Positions 8,791 through 19,329 of a stretch of DNA of 64,000 nt are shown piece after piece. The position numbers and the translations under genes are program-made. The DNA is taken from the IMG/VR virus record IMGVR_UViG_2799112923_000001; one strand, 5' to 3'. The notes under the pieces are model-generated. The model saw only the letters and a list, made by a program, of their open reading frames with translations, had not been told where the DNA came from and did no database searches. Within the stretch, counting starts at the first letter, position 1, and the number at the start of each line of letters is the position of its first letter. Origin of the DNA: a virus. Lineage: Duplodnaviria; Heunggongvirae; Uroviricota; Caudoviricetes.

Positions 8791-9585
8791 ATGAATTTTA
8801 ACGATTATTTAGCAGATTTAGACGAAGCACTAAAAGTCAAATATGTAGTTCGTAAGAACAAGAAGGTCAAGAAATGGAAGACCGACAAAAAGGGCTATCG
8901 TGTAGAATATGACGAAAACGGAAAACCCCGCGAAGTTCGTATGAAAGCTGCTGAAAAAAGAAAAAGAAAATTGGGTCAAAGAAAGGGTAAAATCAAACGC
9001 CAGGCCAAAATAAATTTAATCAAAATGAAACAAAAGAAATCTTTTGTTGCCCGTAAGAATATGGGTATTGCTTATAACAAGAAAAACCCAGATATAAACT
9101 ACAACAGAAAACCCTATGAACCAGTAAAAACACCGTTCAAGTCAAAAGATAAATTACTCTCCCCAAGTTTCACAGAAAATTTTCAAGAATACATAAATGA
9201 AAGTTTATTACTAGAATGGCCTGAAAATGTAATTTGGCATGATGATACAAAAGGTATTGAAGTCGGTTGGGACTGGTGTAGTGAAACAACACCCGAAGAT
9301 GGTGAATGGTTATCACAATTAGTTACTTTGTTTAAATATGGTACATTGAAAACTTTGCGTGATGATAGAAATGAACCTTGTAATGACGATGGATTTATTC
9401 AGCAACCATATTTACATTTTGATAAACCACAAGTAGAAGATATAGCAGATAATTTAATGATAGATTGGACTTTCTTACAAATGGCTAATCACGATTTGAA
9501 GCTCATTAAAGACGAGAAATTATTAAAAGATTTACAAGAATATGTTCCCGAAAGACTATGGAACAAAATTGTAAATTATAAATAA
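8791..9585 (+). CDS. Prohead core protein (gp68-like basic domain) with C-terminal extension
   Basis: VRMKAAEKRKRKLGQRKGKIKRQAK...RKNMGI resembles gp68-type core proteins; adjacent to the portal. Confidence 0.6.
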   Translation: MNFNDYLADLDEALKVKYVVRKNKKVKKWKTDKKGYRVEYDENGKPREVRMKAAEKRKRKLGQRKGKIKRQAKINLIKMKQKKSFVARKNMGIAYNKKNPDINYNRKPYEPVKTPFKSKDKLLSPSFTENFQEYINESLLLEWPENVIWHDDTKGIEVGWDWCSETTPEDGEWLSQLVTLFKYGTLKTLRDDRNEPCNDDGFIQQPYLHFDKPQVEDIADNLMIDWTFLQMANHDLKLIKDEKLLKDLQEYVPERLWNKIVNYK

Positions 9586-9608
9586 GGATATAGTGAGGTT
9601 ATTATTTT

Positions 9609-11210
9609 ATGAATTTAGGTTTTCTTAATCCATTCAGTGATAAATTCCTACAACCGGAACCAGAACATCAAATGCAGCGTCAGGCCGATGCCGCATTAAA
9701 TTCATTTGGTAAAAGTGAAGATGCAGTAGACTGGAGACGATTAACACATGGCTATCTTAATGGTTATGTGGAAGGTCAAGATGTTTATGATTCTTCAGGA
9801 ATTTTGTTTGAACAAGTTTTCAATTCTAAAAGACAAAGAATTAACTGGTATCGTAATCTAGCATTATATCCATTCGTTAGAAAATGTTTGACTATGATGG
9901 CAGACGAAGCATGTTGCGAAAATGCTTTGGGTGAAGTAGCAGTATTTGATATTGACAGAAGTGTTAAATCCAAATTCACTGAAACAGAGTTAATGACTTT
10001 GCGTGATGAATTTAACTACATTATTAACCAGGTATTTGGTAAAGAACAGTTATGGTATTACTATTATAAATGGTTGGTTGATGCTGAGTTGTTCCTAGAA
10101 ATTTGTTTGAATACCGAAGGTGATAGAGTTGCTGGCATTAAATGTTTGCCACCATACTGCACAATGTGTGTATATGACGATGGTATATTACACGGGTTCA
10201 TAGAAGATGTTAAGTTATTGAATCCTGATTATGATGAAGATGCCAAAACATTTACCACAAACCAAATTGCTTATGCTAACTATGGGTTCTGGGGAAATAA
10301 CAAGAATGATATACGCGGTCACTTGGAACCAGCTATTAGACCAATTAACCAATTAAGAGCCATTGAAGATGCTCTAACAGTATATCGTATCACCCGTGCC
10401 CCTGAAAAGAGAATTTTCAAGATATACACAGGTAAATTACCAACCTCTAAGGTTCCTGAGTATATGCAGGAAATTCGTTCCAAATACAGAAAACAATTAA
10501 CTATTGACCCTGTAACTGGTATGATACAAAGTAATAACAATGTTCAGGCTTTCGTAGAAGACTTCTGGCTATCACAAGATGCTGATGGTCAAGGTTCTAG
10601 TGTTGAATCATTCAAGGGTTCTACCGAATTTAATGGTCAGTTAGACGATGTTAAAATGTTCCGTGAACAAGTCGCTGACGCATTGATGGTACCTCCATCA
10701 AGATGGCAAAATGGTGAAGGTGGTGGTTCACCATATTCACAAGGTGTAGAAGGCTTAACATTGGAAGAAGCTTCTTTCCAAAAACTCAATAAGAGATTGA
10801 GAAGAAAGTTTGCCGATATTATCTATCAGGTCTTTATGGTACATTTACAGGTTCGTGGATATGATAGTAAGTATCTTGATAAAACCATTTACCATATTGA
10901 TTTGATTCCAGCTACCGACTTTGAACTCATGCGTGCTTTATCAATGTGTGAAAAGAGAGGTGGTGTAGTTGGTTCATTCTCCCAATTCTTACCAACATTG
11001 AACAATGTTAAACCTGGTTCCGAAGAAGCTCCACCATTGTTCTCTCGTCAATTCTTCCTAGAAGATATTTTGGGCTTAACTAGCGAACAACGCATTAGAA
11101 ATGACCGCTTAATTGAAGAAGAAGCTCAATCTATTATGGCAAAAGCTGACGCAGCTAAAGAAGAAGGTGGCGGTGAAGAAGAAGGTGAAGATGAAGATTT
11201 AGGATTCTAA
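9609..11210 (+). CDS. Portal vertex protein (T4 gp20-like)
   Basis: NQLRAIEDALTVYRITRAPEKRIFKI, EDFWL and ALMVPPSR are gp20 motifs. Confidence 0.95.
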   Translation: MNLGFLNPFSDKFLQPEPEHQMQRQADAALNSFGKSEDAVDWRRLTHGYLNGYVEGQDVYDSSGILFEQVFNSKRQRINWYRNLALYPFVRKCLTMMADEACCENALGEVAVFDIDRSVKSKFTETELMTLRDEFNYIINQVFGKEQLWYYYYKWLVDAELFLEICLNTEGDRVAGIKCLPPYCTMCVYDDGILHGFIEDVKLLNPDYDEDAKTFTTNQIAYANYGFWGNNKNDIRGHLEPAIRPINQLRAIEDALTVYRITRAPEKRIFKIYTGKLPTSKVPEYMQEIRSKYRKQLTIDPVTGMIQSNNNVQAFVEDFWLSQDADGQGSSVESFKGSTEFNGQLDDVKMFREQVADALMVPPSRWQNGEGGGSPYSQGVEGLTLEEASFQKLNKRLRRKFADIIYQVFMVHLQVRGYDSKYLDKTIYHIDLIPATDFELMRALSMCEKRGGVVGSFSQFLPTLNNVKPGSEEAPPLFSRQFFLEDILGLTSEQRIRNDRLIEEEAQSIMAKADAAKEEGGGEEEGEDEDLGF

Positions 11211-11283
11211 ATTTACACACTATAATATAATAATCAATGGTGGTTTCTGTAATGAAGCCACCATTTTTTATAAATACATTATA

Positions 11284-11745
11284 ATGGGAGATAAATTTAT
11301 GGAAGTAGTAATGACAAAAACAGCTCCAGCAGATTTTTTAACATTTTTAGCAAGCTCACAAAATAATGAAGTAGAAAAACTCTATACTTTTGCAGTTGAT
11401 TCTCTCGTATTTGCCGATAAAATTAACATTTATCATTGGCAGTGCGAAAGTGGTTTCCAACATACTCAATTTGAAGCACTATATGATGTAATTCGTGATT
11501 TTGGTGATAAACTTGTAGAAACAGTTCTTTCTATGGGTATTCCATTCAAAATGACCAGCAAAACATATAACATAAATGACGAATTATTTGATTTGAATGG
11601 TGCTTTAATCAAGATAGAAGCATTTAGAGATGAATTGGAAAATCTAAAAAGAGCATATAGCACTAAAATTAGTCTTGAAAATTTGTTTGGTGATACCATT
11701 GAACAAATTGATAAAATCGTTGGTTTGTTAAAGAACTTCAAGTAA
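11284..11745 (+). CDS. Dps/ferritin-like four-helix protein
   Basis: YHWQ...QH...LYD...DKLVE pattern; alternative start at 11299. Confidence 0.7.
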   Translation: MGDKFMEVVMTKTAPADFLTFLASSQNNEVEKLYTFAVDSLVFADKINIYHWQCESGFQHTQFEALYDVIRDFGDKLVETVLSMGIPFKMTSKTYNINDELFDLNGALIKIEAFRDELENLKRAYSTKISLENLFGDTIEQIDKIVGLLKNFK

Positions 11746-11757
11746 TGGGGTGAAATT

Positions 11758-12156
11758 ATGAATTTTAATGATTACATTAAAGAAGAATTTAAGAAGGTAA
11801 CACCTGTTATCAATGAAAACATGGCTGAAGCAGGTGATACTGATGCTTTTGAAGGTTCTCAATGGATGGGCCCTCACCATCACAAGTATGTAATTTGGGA
11901 TAATCAAACTGGTTATGGATATACCGGTGATGTTCTTATGGATAACCCAGACCACAAAGAAGGTTTAGCACCTTGTTGCGACCACATCCATTTGATTATG
12001 AATTGGGAAGTATTGCCATTGGGTGATATGCACTCACACAAATTAATGAAACCTGAACAAGTAGCAGTAGATACAGATATTGGTAGTGTTCCTCGTCAAG
12101 AAGTTGGGGTACTCCCTTATGTTCGCCCAAATTCTGCACCTATTAAAAACCAATAA
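11758..12156 (+). CDS. His-rich putative metal-binding protein
   Basis: HHH, DHIH and HSH motifs plus CC. Confidence 0.55.
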   Translation: MNFNDYIKEEFKKVTPVINENMAEAGDTDAFEGSQWMGPHHHKYVIWDNQTGYGYTGDVLMDNPDHKEGLAPCCDHIHLIMNWEVLPLGDMHSHKLMKPEQVAVDTDIGSVPRQEVGVLPYVRPNSAPIKNQ

Positions 12157-12206
12157 CTAGCCTAAGTTCATAAATACAATAAGAGAAAATTTAGGAGAAA
12201 TTAAAT

Positions 12207-12797
12207 ATGTCAATGAGTAACAACATGTCTGTATTCACTACTAGCATCAAGAACCTACCTGATTTGGCAAAGAACTATCTTTACCAGATCATATTTGAAT
12301 ATGAAAGTGGTTCTGTTTTGGCTAATGTGATTGGAACAGACGATTTTATGCTTCGTGCTAAAACCGCTTCTATTCCACAGAAAGATTTTGGTGATTTGAG
12401 TACTGAATATATGGGAACTAAACTCGTATATCCTGGTAAGGCTACAATGGCTAACACATTTGATGTAACATTTGACGAGTTCCAGGATATGTACATTTCT
12501 AAGGCATTACATAGATGGCAAAACTTGCTATTCAATGGTGGTTTCCAAAACGATATTGATGTTGGTGGTATCACTGGTGGTGCTTCTTCCAACTATCTTA
12601 AAGATTATTGTGCTACCGTTCGTGTAGTTCTTTATGATTCTGCTTTGAAGAGTAAACTACCTGTTGAATATAAGTTCTATTATGTTTGGCCGAAGACTGT
12701 TGCTTCTGTATCTTTGGGTATGGAATCCGCAGAAAAGGTACAACGCCAGGTAACATTCCAATACTCTACATTTGAATTGGTCGCTACAGGCGAATAA
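12207..12797 (+). CDS. Tail tube protein (T4 gp19-like)
   Basis: AKTASIP...YMGTKLVYPG...VWPKTVASVSLG...VTFQY; late promoter and strong RBS. Confidence 0.85.
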   Translation: MSMSNNMSVFTTSIKNLPDLAKNYLYQIIFEYESGSVLANVIGTDDFMLRAKTASIPQKDFGDLSTEYMGTKLVYPGKATMANTFDVTFDEFQDMYISKALHRWQNLLFNGGFQNDIDVGGITGGASSNYLKDYCATVRVVLYDSALKSKLPVEYKFYYVWPKTVASVSLGMESAEKVQRQVTFQYSTFELVATGE

Positions 12798-12822
12798 TCA
12801 CATCAGTTTATACAACATAAAT

Positions 12823-12852
12823 AAGAGAACTCGTATGGGTTCTCTTTTTTTT
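12823..12852 (+). terminator. Intrinsic terminator
   Basis: AAGAGAACTC-GTAT-GGGTTCTCTT followed by a T run. Confidence 0.75.
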
Positions 12853-12938
12853 AAAGTGAGAAAATTTAGCCCAAAATTTTCATAAATACATAGTGTATAA
12901 CACAAAATAGTTCATTAGTAAATTGGAGGAAAACCAAA

Positions 12939-13901
12939 ATGGATAAAATTCTTGAAAAACTTGCTGGTGTTTTGACTGCTGAAGATTTACAAGAAATTAA
13001 AGAATCTTTTGAATCTGCAGTAGAAGAAAGACTAAAAGTAAAATTAGAAGAAGAAAAACAAGCCATCGCCAAGAAAGCTGATGAATTTTGTAATCAAAGA
13101 ATCAAGGAAGAAGTTGAAAAGAAGACTTTGGAATTGGAAAATCTCGCAAATCAGTATTGTGAAGAACGCTGTGCCAAGATTACAGAAAAGGCACAAGAAA
13201 AACTTGATACCCAATGTAAGAAGTTGGAAGAAGCTGCTGAACAATACATTTACGAATACTTTGATGAAAAATTCACAGAAAAGTATGGCAAGGAACTTGA
13301 GGCTCTTGAAGAAAAAGTTATTACTGGTTTAGATAAGTATTTGGAATACAACATCGCTGAAAAGATTAGTGATAAACTCATTAATAAGACAGCTATGACT
13401 GAAACATACGCTCCAATCATTGAAGGTATTCAACACCTCTTTGAAGAACAGTATGTTCCAATGGATTTGACCGGTTCAAAGAAATTGCGTGAAGCAAAAG
13501 CTGAAAACGCAGAATTGGAAAAATCTTTGAAGAAACAACTTGCTGAAAATATGCGTCTAATTGACCTTGTTGAAGATTCCACAAAGAAGGCTACTATTGC
13601 TGAAAAGACCTATGGACTTGATGCTACACAGAAAGCAAGAGTACAGAAATTCTTTGAAAGCAAATCACTAAGTGAAACAAAGAAAGACATTGATGACTAT
13701 GTTGAAATGATTACTGAACAATCTATCAATATGCGTAACAATCGTGCTAATTTGTTTGAAAAGAAATCTCGCCCAGTATCTCGTTCCGCTAAAACAGAAC
13801 AAGTTATTGAACAAGATAATACTATTATGGAAAAATACAAGAAATCCACACCATCTAACCGTTTCCTAGACGAAGCTGCTAGATATATGGAAGAAAATTA
13901 G
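12939..13901 (+). CDS. Prohead core scaffold protein (T4 gp22-like)
   Basis: FESAV, LDKYLEY, GIQHLFEEQYV; coiled coil directly upstream of the major capsid gene. Confidence 0.85.
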   Translation: MDKILEKLAGVLTAEDLQEIKESFESAVEERLKVKLEEEKQAIAKKADEFCNQRIKEEVEKKTLELENLANQYCEERCAKITEKAQEKLDTQCKKLEEAAEQYIYEYFDEKFTEKYGKELEALEEKVITGLDKYLEYNIAEKISDKLINKTAMTETYAPIIEGIQHLFEEQYVPMDLTGSKKLREAKAENAELEKSLKKQLAENMRLIDLVEDSTKKATIAEKTYGLDATQKARVQKFFESKSLSETKKDIDDYVEMITEQSINMRNNRANLFEKKSRPVSRSAKTEQVIEQDNTIMEKYKKSTPSNRFLDEAARYMEEN

Positions 13902-13973
13902 TAACAAATTCACAGACAAAAAAATTATAAATACAATATATAAACAAAAACTCATTTATATAGGAGAATCAAA

Positions 13974-15308
13974 ATGAATACAATTAAAAACACATTGGTA
14001 GAAAACTTGGCTACTCAGGGTCAAGAACGTCTATCAATCGCATCTATCAAAGATAAGTATATTCGTGAAAACATGAAGAAGCTTATGGAAAACCAGATCC
14101 GTCAGGATGTTGGAACCGCTTTGAACGAAGACTTCACAATGGGTGTAGGTGCTCCACTTGGTGCTGACCAGGGTATCCCTCATGGTGGTGATGCAAAGGC
14201 CGTCTTTGCTCCAATTTCTTTGGCACTCGTCCGCCGTGTATTCCCACAGTTGTTTGCTAACGTACTCGTTGGTGTTCAGCCTCTTTCCGGTCCTGTTGGT
14301 TTGGCTTTCGCCCTTCGTTATGTTTACAAAGACGCTGCAGACCCAACAAAATTGGTTGAAGCTGCTTGGAAGGCTGTTCCTGAATATTCAGGCTTCTCTG
14401 GCTCTACCGCTAACACCTCTGGTGAACGCGATGCCGGTACTGGTGTAGATACACAATCTGCCGAAGCTTGGAAGATTACTGGTAATTATGATGAAGTTCA
14501 GACACACAATGACTTCTCTACTGGCCTTCGTGGTAAGATTCCTGAACTTGGTTTGATGTTCTCTCGTCAGTCCATCGTTGCCAAGACTCGTAAACTTGCT
14601 GCTTCCTTCTCTCTTGAATCTGCTGAAGATATTAAGAGAATGCAGGGTGTAGAAATGATGCAAGAAATGGTTAATGTTCTTCAGTACGAAATGACTGCTG
14701 AAATTGACCGTGAAACAATCGCTCGTTGTAAGAGTATCACAAAACCAATCATTTGTACCGCTGGTAAGAAAGAAGCTGTTGAAGATGGTTGGGTCGGCCG
14801 TTGGTCTCAGGAAAGATACTCTCGTATCGTAGGTATCATTGTTAAGACTGCTAACGATATTGCTACAGCTACTCGCCGTGCTGCTGCTAACATCGCTGTA
14901 GTTTCTCCAGATATGGCTTCTGTCCTTCAGCAAGCTGCTCCATTCTTCAACAAAGTAACTGGTGAAGTTAATGGTTCTACAGCTACTCCTGAAATTGGTA
15001 CATTGAATGGCTCTATCAAGGTCTACCGTGATAACTATGCTGTAAACGCTTTCACTGGTGTTGACAATGGTGAAGTTCTTCTCGCCTATAAGGGTACCGG
15101 TGTTTCCGACTGTGGTGTAGTATTCTGCCCATACGTCACTGGTGTTGTTAACCAGGCTATTGACCCTAACGACTTCTCACCTCGTGTTGGTGTTATGAGC
15201 CGTTATGCTTTCGCTAACAACATGCTTGGTGCTGATAACTATTACAGATTGTTGAAGTTTGATACTCAGTCAATCTGGGCAAAAGCTGGTGAAGGTTTCA
15301 CATTCTAA
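13974..15308 (+). CDS. Major capsid protein (T4 gp23-like)
   Basis: LVRRVFP...GVQPLSGPVGLAFALR, AKTRKL, EIDRE, FCPYV, DPNDFSPRVGVMSRY; LNE maturation-type site near the N-terminus. Confidence 0.97.
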   Translation: MNTIKNTLVENLATQGQERLSIASIKDKYIRENMKKLMENQIRQDVGTALNEDFTMGVGAPLGADQGIPHGGDAKAVFAPISLALVRRVFPQLFANVLVGVQPLSGPVGLAFALRYVYKDAADPTKLVEAAWKAVPEYSGFSGSTANTSGERDAGTGVDTQSAEAWKITGNYDEVQTHNDFSTGLRGKIPELGLMFSRQSIVAKTRKLAASFSLESAEDIKRMQGVEMMQEMVNVLQYEMTAEIDRETIARCKSITKPIICTAGKKEAVEDGWVGRWSQERYSRIVGIIVKTANDIATATRRAAANIAVVSPDMASVLQQAAPFFNKVTGEVNGSTATPEIGTLNGSIKVYRDNYAVNAFTGVDNGEVLLAYKGTGVSDCGVVFCPYVTGVVNQAIDPNDFSPRVGVMSRYAFANNMLGADNYYRLLKFDTQSIWAKAGEGFTF

Positions 15309-15358
15309 TTTAAACTGGAAACGAATAACAATTTAAATTTTAATAGGAGAAAAGAATA

Positions 15359-15694
15359 ATGAAATTACCTACATCTAACGGAAATGATTTGTACCAAGTT
15401 GGTAACGATTATCCACAGGACGCCAAACAATACTTCAACACCTCTGCTTATGCTGACGGCATTTACACAGAAATCATTTATAGTGGTTTCTCTGCCGAAA
15501 AGCCACAGGTAGATGGTTTTGATGCTAATTTCTTTGCTGGTAAAGACCCAATGGGCTTGAACAAGAGAATTCTCAATGTTCTCCCACAGAGCAAATGGGA
15601 TGAAGGTGAACCTTCCGCTGTATCTGGCGAAAAGATTTACTCACCTGACTATGCTATTGCTGAATTGAGTTCTTTCCCACCTGTAGAAGAATAA
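15359..15694 (+). CDS. Small protein co-transcribed with the major capsid gene (possible capsid decoration)
   Basis: AGGAGA RBS; lies between the capsid gene and a terminator. Confidence 0.5.
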   Translation: MKLPTSNGNDLYQVGNDYPQDAKQYFNTSAYADGIYTEIIYSGFSAEKPQVDGFDANFFAGKDPMGLNKRILNVLPQSKWDEGEPSAVSGEKIYSPDYAIAELSSFPPVEE

Positions 15695-15721
15695 TCAATA
15701 GTTAGTACAAACGAAAATTTC

Positions 15722-15754
15722 AAACGGTACCTTAATTGGTACCGTTTGTTTTTT
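15722..15754 (+). terminator. Intrinsic terminator
   Basis: AAACGGTACC-TTAATT-GGTACCGTTT followed by a T-rich tail. Confidence 0.8.
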
Positions 15755-15798
15755 GCATATATAAATATAATAAATTAACATTTACAGTGAGGTGAATT

Positions 15799-16614
15799 AT
15801 GCAGTCAAAGAAAATAGAAGATACAAACTTACCACAACAAGGTGGTGATATGGCTCAAATTGCTATGGTATTAGCCAAACAACAACAGGATAATATGATA
15901 GTATTAAACAAAGATTTGTTGCCATCAAAGGGTAAATTCTATCCACAAGATTTGCGTGTTAAGAAACTATCTACTATTGATATTAAGAACTTATCTACAT
16001 TAACTGCTGATACATTGGATGGTACAATGAATAGTATTATCGCACACAATGTAAAGGGAATAAATGTAAACGATATTTTGGTTGGTGATAAGTTTTGGTT
16101 CGTTTTCTATTTGAGAAACTTGACCTATAACGATTACCCATACAATATCAAGTATAAGTGTGATAATTGTAACAAGTATTCCATTTACAAAATGCAGCAG
16201 AAAGATGTATTAGTAAACTATTTGAAGGACGATTTCAATCCTGAATTTACAATGGATAATGAAGATAAAATTGAGATTTCATTCCCAACTATCGGTACTG
16301 AAGTTCAATGTAATCAGATTTTGAAAGAACCTGAGAAGTATACAATAGATGGTGTTATTGACGAACAGATACTCAATATCGCTTGCTACATTAACACAAT
16401 CAATGGTTCTAAAGTATCACTAATGAAGGCTTATGATTATGTTTGTAATCTTGATGCTCTCTCATTCACCAATTTCGGTAATTATATGGCTGAAATTGAT
16501 TTCGGTGTAAAACCATACATTGAAATTGAATGTGAATGTAAGAATAAGATTACGGTTCCAGTCTCATTATCACCAGAATACTTTATGCCAAAGATTACCA
16601 ATCCAAATAAATAA
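15799..16614 (+). CDS. Baseplate hub assembly protein (gp26-like)
   Basis: LPSKGKFY, GDKFW...LR, CxxC, FPT and C-terminal CEC...FMP. Confidence 0.7.
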   Translation: MQSKKIEDTNLPQQGGDMAQIAMVLAKQQQDNMIVLNKDLLPSKGKFYPQDLRVKKLSTIDIKNLSTLTADTLDGTMNSIIAHNVKGINVNDILVGDKFWFVFYLRNLTYNDYPYNIKYKCDNCNKYSIYKMQQKDVLVNYLKDDFNPEFTMDNEDKIEISFPTIGTEVQCNQILKEPEKYTIDGVIDEQILNIACYINTINGSKVSLMKAYDYVCNLDALSFTNFGNYMAEIDFGVKPYIEIECECKNKITVPVSLSPEYFMPKITNPNK

Positions 16615-16617
16615 TAT

Positions 16618-19329
16618 ATGAATAAGAATTACACACGAATTACATATCAGCAAATGCTGGAAGATTTCACTACGAGAATGAAGAATGACCCTCGTTTTAG
16701 AAACATGTCTTCAGCTAGCATTTATAATTTGTTCATAGAAATGCTTACCGCTACTATGGATATGACTAACTATTATATGGAAAGAACTGCCGAAGAAGCA
16801 TTTATTGACACTGCTAAATTAGATAGTAGTGTTATTAAGCACGGTAAGAATTTGGGTTACAATCCAATTCGTAATACTCCAGCAGAAGCGGAAATTGCGG
16901 TTGTAATTCGTGGACCTCTACCAGCATCCATTCCTGATACTGGTGCTACAATCTATTTCCCACAAGAAGAAATGGAACTAACTTATAATGGTAAGAAATA
17001 TATTCTCATTACAGATTATTCTTACACACTAACCAAAGAAGATATGGAAGCAGGTAGAAGTTCTACTTGGTCTAAAACATTGTATTTCTCTAAACCAGCA
17101 GATTCTGTTAATTACATTGAAATCTCAGGTGAAAAGTTATTCAATGATGCTACATTGACCCCAATTAGAGTATTCCAAGGTGAAAAGAAACTTGAAACTA
17201 TCTATGGTGTAAACAATACATCAAGATTAGGTAAATCATACCAGTTCTATGATATTGATAATATCAAATTCTCTAACTGGTATGGTCGCCGTGACCCTAA
17301 TGGTTGGTATAAAGATACATTTAAGAAGAAAAACTCCTGGTGTAAAGTTGGTATTGGTAAGACCGAAGAAGAAGCTATGTACATTGAGAACTTGTTTGAT
17401 ATTGAAGATGTATCTATTTTCTTGAACCAAGAAGTTCAAAAAGATAAAGTTACTAACGATGTTACTACACAGAAAGTTTGTTCATTAACCACAAATAGTG
17501 ATAAGACCATTCGTTTAAGATTTGGTGATGGTATCTCAGTTGCTAATGGTTTGAATAGAGAAGATGAAAACATTTACATTCAGTACATTGAATGTGATGG
17601 AGCCGATGCTAATAAGGTAGGTACAACTGGTTCTGAATTAAAGATTAACAATAGTGTTTGGGCTACATTTAGTGGTGGTACACCTGTAGATGTAACCGCT
17701 AATGTTAAGTTATTGTTCAATAGTGATATTGCTAATGGTGTAGATTTTGAGGACCAGCAATCTATCAAAAATAATGCTCCATTGTATTTCTCAAGTAATA
17801 ACAAACTCGTTACAAAGAGAGATTTCGTATCTTATTTCAATGGCTTAAGTTCTCCAATTCGTGTTAAGAACTCTATTGCTTGGAGTCAGGACGAAATTGA
17901 AAACTTTGAAGATGGTGGCGACACTACATACAAATACATTCAAAACTGTATTTGTTATTGTATAGCAGCTAGTTTGTATAATACAAAATCCACAGTCAAT
18001 GGTTGTATAAATGTTCTTACAGATAGTTCAACAAACCAATCTGGTGTGTTCTCTGTATATGGAACTTCTAATAGTTACCTAGACCATTTAACAGATTTCT
18101 TGAAATACTTGTTGAGTTATGATTCATTCCATAACACACAATATATGCAGAACCCAAGTGCTCAATGGTTAAAGAACATTAAGACCATTCGTGAAAATGC
18201 TGAACCAAGAATGATTATGAATAGTAAACTCTATTCATTCCCACCAATCGTTCAGTATTATGATGTTGTTGGTACTGTTAATGTAGATTCTCTATCAAAG
18301 ATTCAAGAATACAAACGAGAAGTAGAAAACGAAATTTACCAATGGTTAGATAATAATTGTTCTTTTGGAACAAAGATTTTCAAATCTGATATCGTCAAGT
18401 TCTTTAACAAAAGACCTGAAACTTCTTATGTAGATTTGGATATTCGTGTATCTGATATCATTAAAGCACAAGATGTTAAATACATTTATTCATTACAAAC
18501 TACAAATTTACAGAATGTTTTGTATTACAACATTAACAATGATAGAAACAAGGTCGCACAAAATACAAATAATATGTACTATAACTGCTTGAAATTGCCA
18601 AAAGCTGACAATTCAGGTTCTACATTGAATGTTGATTCTTTGAAGAATAAGACTATTAGAATTATCGTGACTGATAATGGTGTGGATAAAATAGACCAAA
18701 ACATTTTTACAAACAATGATGTATTTGAAACTGAATCAAATGTATTCATTAACTTTAATGGTTACGAATGTATCTTAAAATCACAGGCTTCATTGAGTAA
18801 TAATGCCACATTGAAATTGTTGGTATCTTATGGTGAAGATTTCTATTCAACATCCAACTATTCATTGGCTAATGCTTATTCTTATGGTTTGACTAGAACA
18901 AAAGCAGCAAATCTACAAAATTTTGTTAGTAATTGGGTTAAAAAAGCAACAGCCGTAAGAGATGTAAATCGTGCTATTCCATTACCATATTTCATTAGTG
19001 TTTTAGGACAGAATACCCGTGAAGAAACAATTTTGCGTAAGGGTATTCTCCAAAATTCTTATGAAACACAATTAACAGAAAAAGCATTTTGGATGTATTT
19101 AATCCCAACTATCATTAAGACTTACTATCCAAGCATTGATTTCAGTGAAGAAGAAATTAATGGAGAAGCCTGGACACATGTTGACAACTTGGTAAGAGAT
19201 TTATATACTCAGTTCAAAGCAACATTTGCCGATAGTATTTTGGATGATAATAACAACATTGTAAACTTCTCTATGGATAATGAATTACCAGTAGTAAGAT
19301 TGAAGATTACATATAAGTATGGTGTATAA
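16618..19329 (+). CDS. Baseplate wedge protein (T4 gp6-like)
   Basis: EAFIDTAKLDSSV...LGYNP, LRFGDG, SIKNNAP...LVTKRDF. Confidence 0.9.
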   Translation: MNKNYTRITYQQMLEDFTTRMKNDPRFRNMSSASIYNLFIEMLTATMDMTNYYMERTAEEAFIDTAKLDSSVIKHGKNLGYNPIRNTPAEAEIAVVIRGPLPASIPDTGATIYFPQEEMELTYNGKKYILITDYSYTLTKEDMEAGRSSTWSKTLYFSKPADSVNYIEISGEKLFNDATLTPIRVFQGEKKLETIYGVNNTSRLGKSYQFYDIDNIKFSNWYGRRDPNGWYKDTFKKKNSWCKVGIGKTEEEAMYIENLFDIEDVSIFLNQEVQKDKVTNDVTTQKVCSLTTNSDKTIRLRFGDGISVANGLNREDENIYIQYIECDGADANKVGTTGSELKINNSVWATFSGGTPVDVTANVKLLFNSDIANGVDFEDQQSIKNNAPLYFSSNNKLVTKRDFVSYFNGLSSPIRVKNSIAWSQDEIENFEDGGDTTYKYIQNCICYCIAASLYNTKSTVNGCINVLTDSSTNQSGVFSVYGTSNSYLDHLTDFLKYLLSYDSFHNTQYMQNPSAQWLKNIKTIRENAEPRMIMNSKLYSFPPIVQYYDVVGTVNVDSLSKIQEYKREVENEIYQWLDNNCSFGTKIFKSDIVKFFNKRPETSYVDLDIRVSDIIKAQDVKYIYSLQTTNLQNVLYYNINNDRNKVAQNTNNMYYNCLKLPKADNSGSTLNVDSLKNKTIRIIVTDNGVDKIDQNIFTNNDVFETESNVFINFNGYECILKSQASLSNNATLKLLVSYGEDFYSTSNYSLANAYSYGLTRTKAANLQNFVSNWVKKATAVRDVNRAIPLPYFISVLGQNTREETILRKGILQNSYETQLTEKAFWMYLIPTIIKTYYPSIDFSEEEINGEAWTHVDNLVRDLYTQFKATFADSILDDNNNIVNFSMDNELPVVRLKITYKYGV

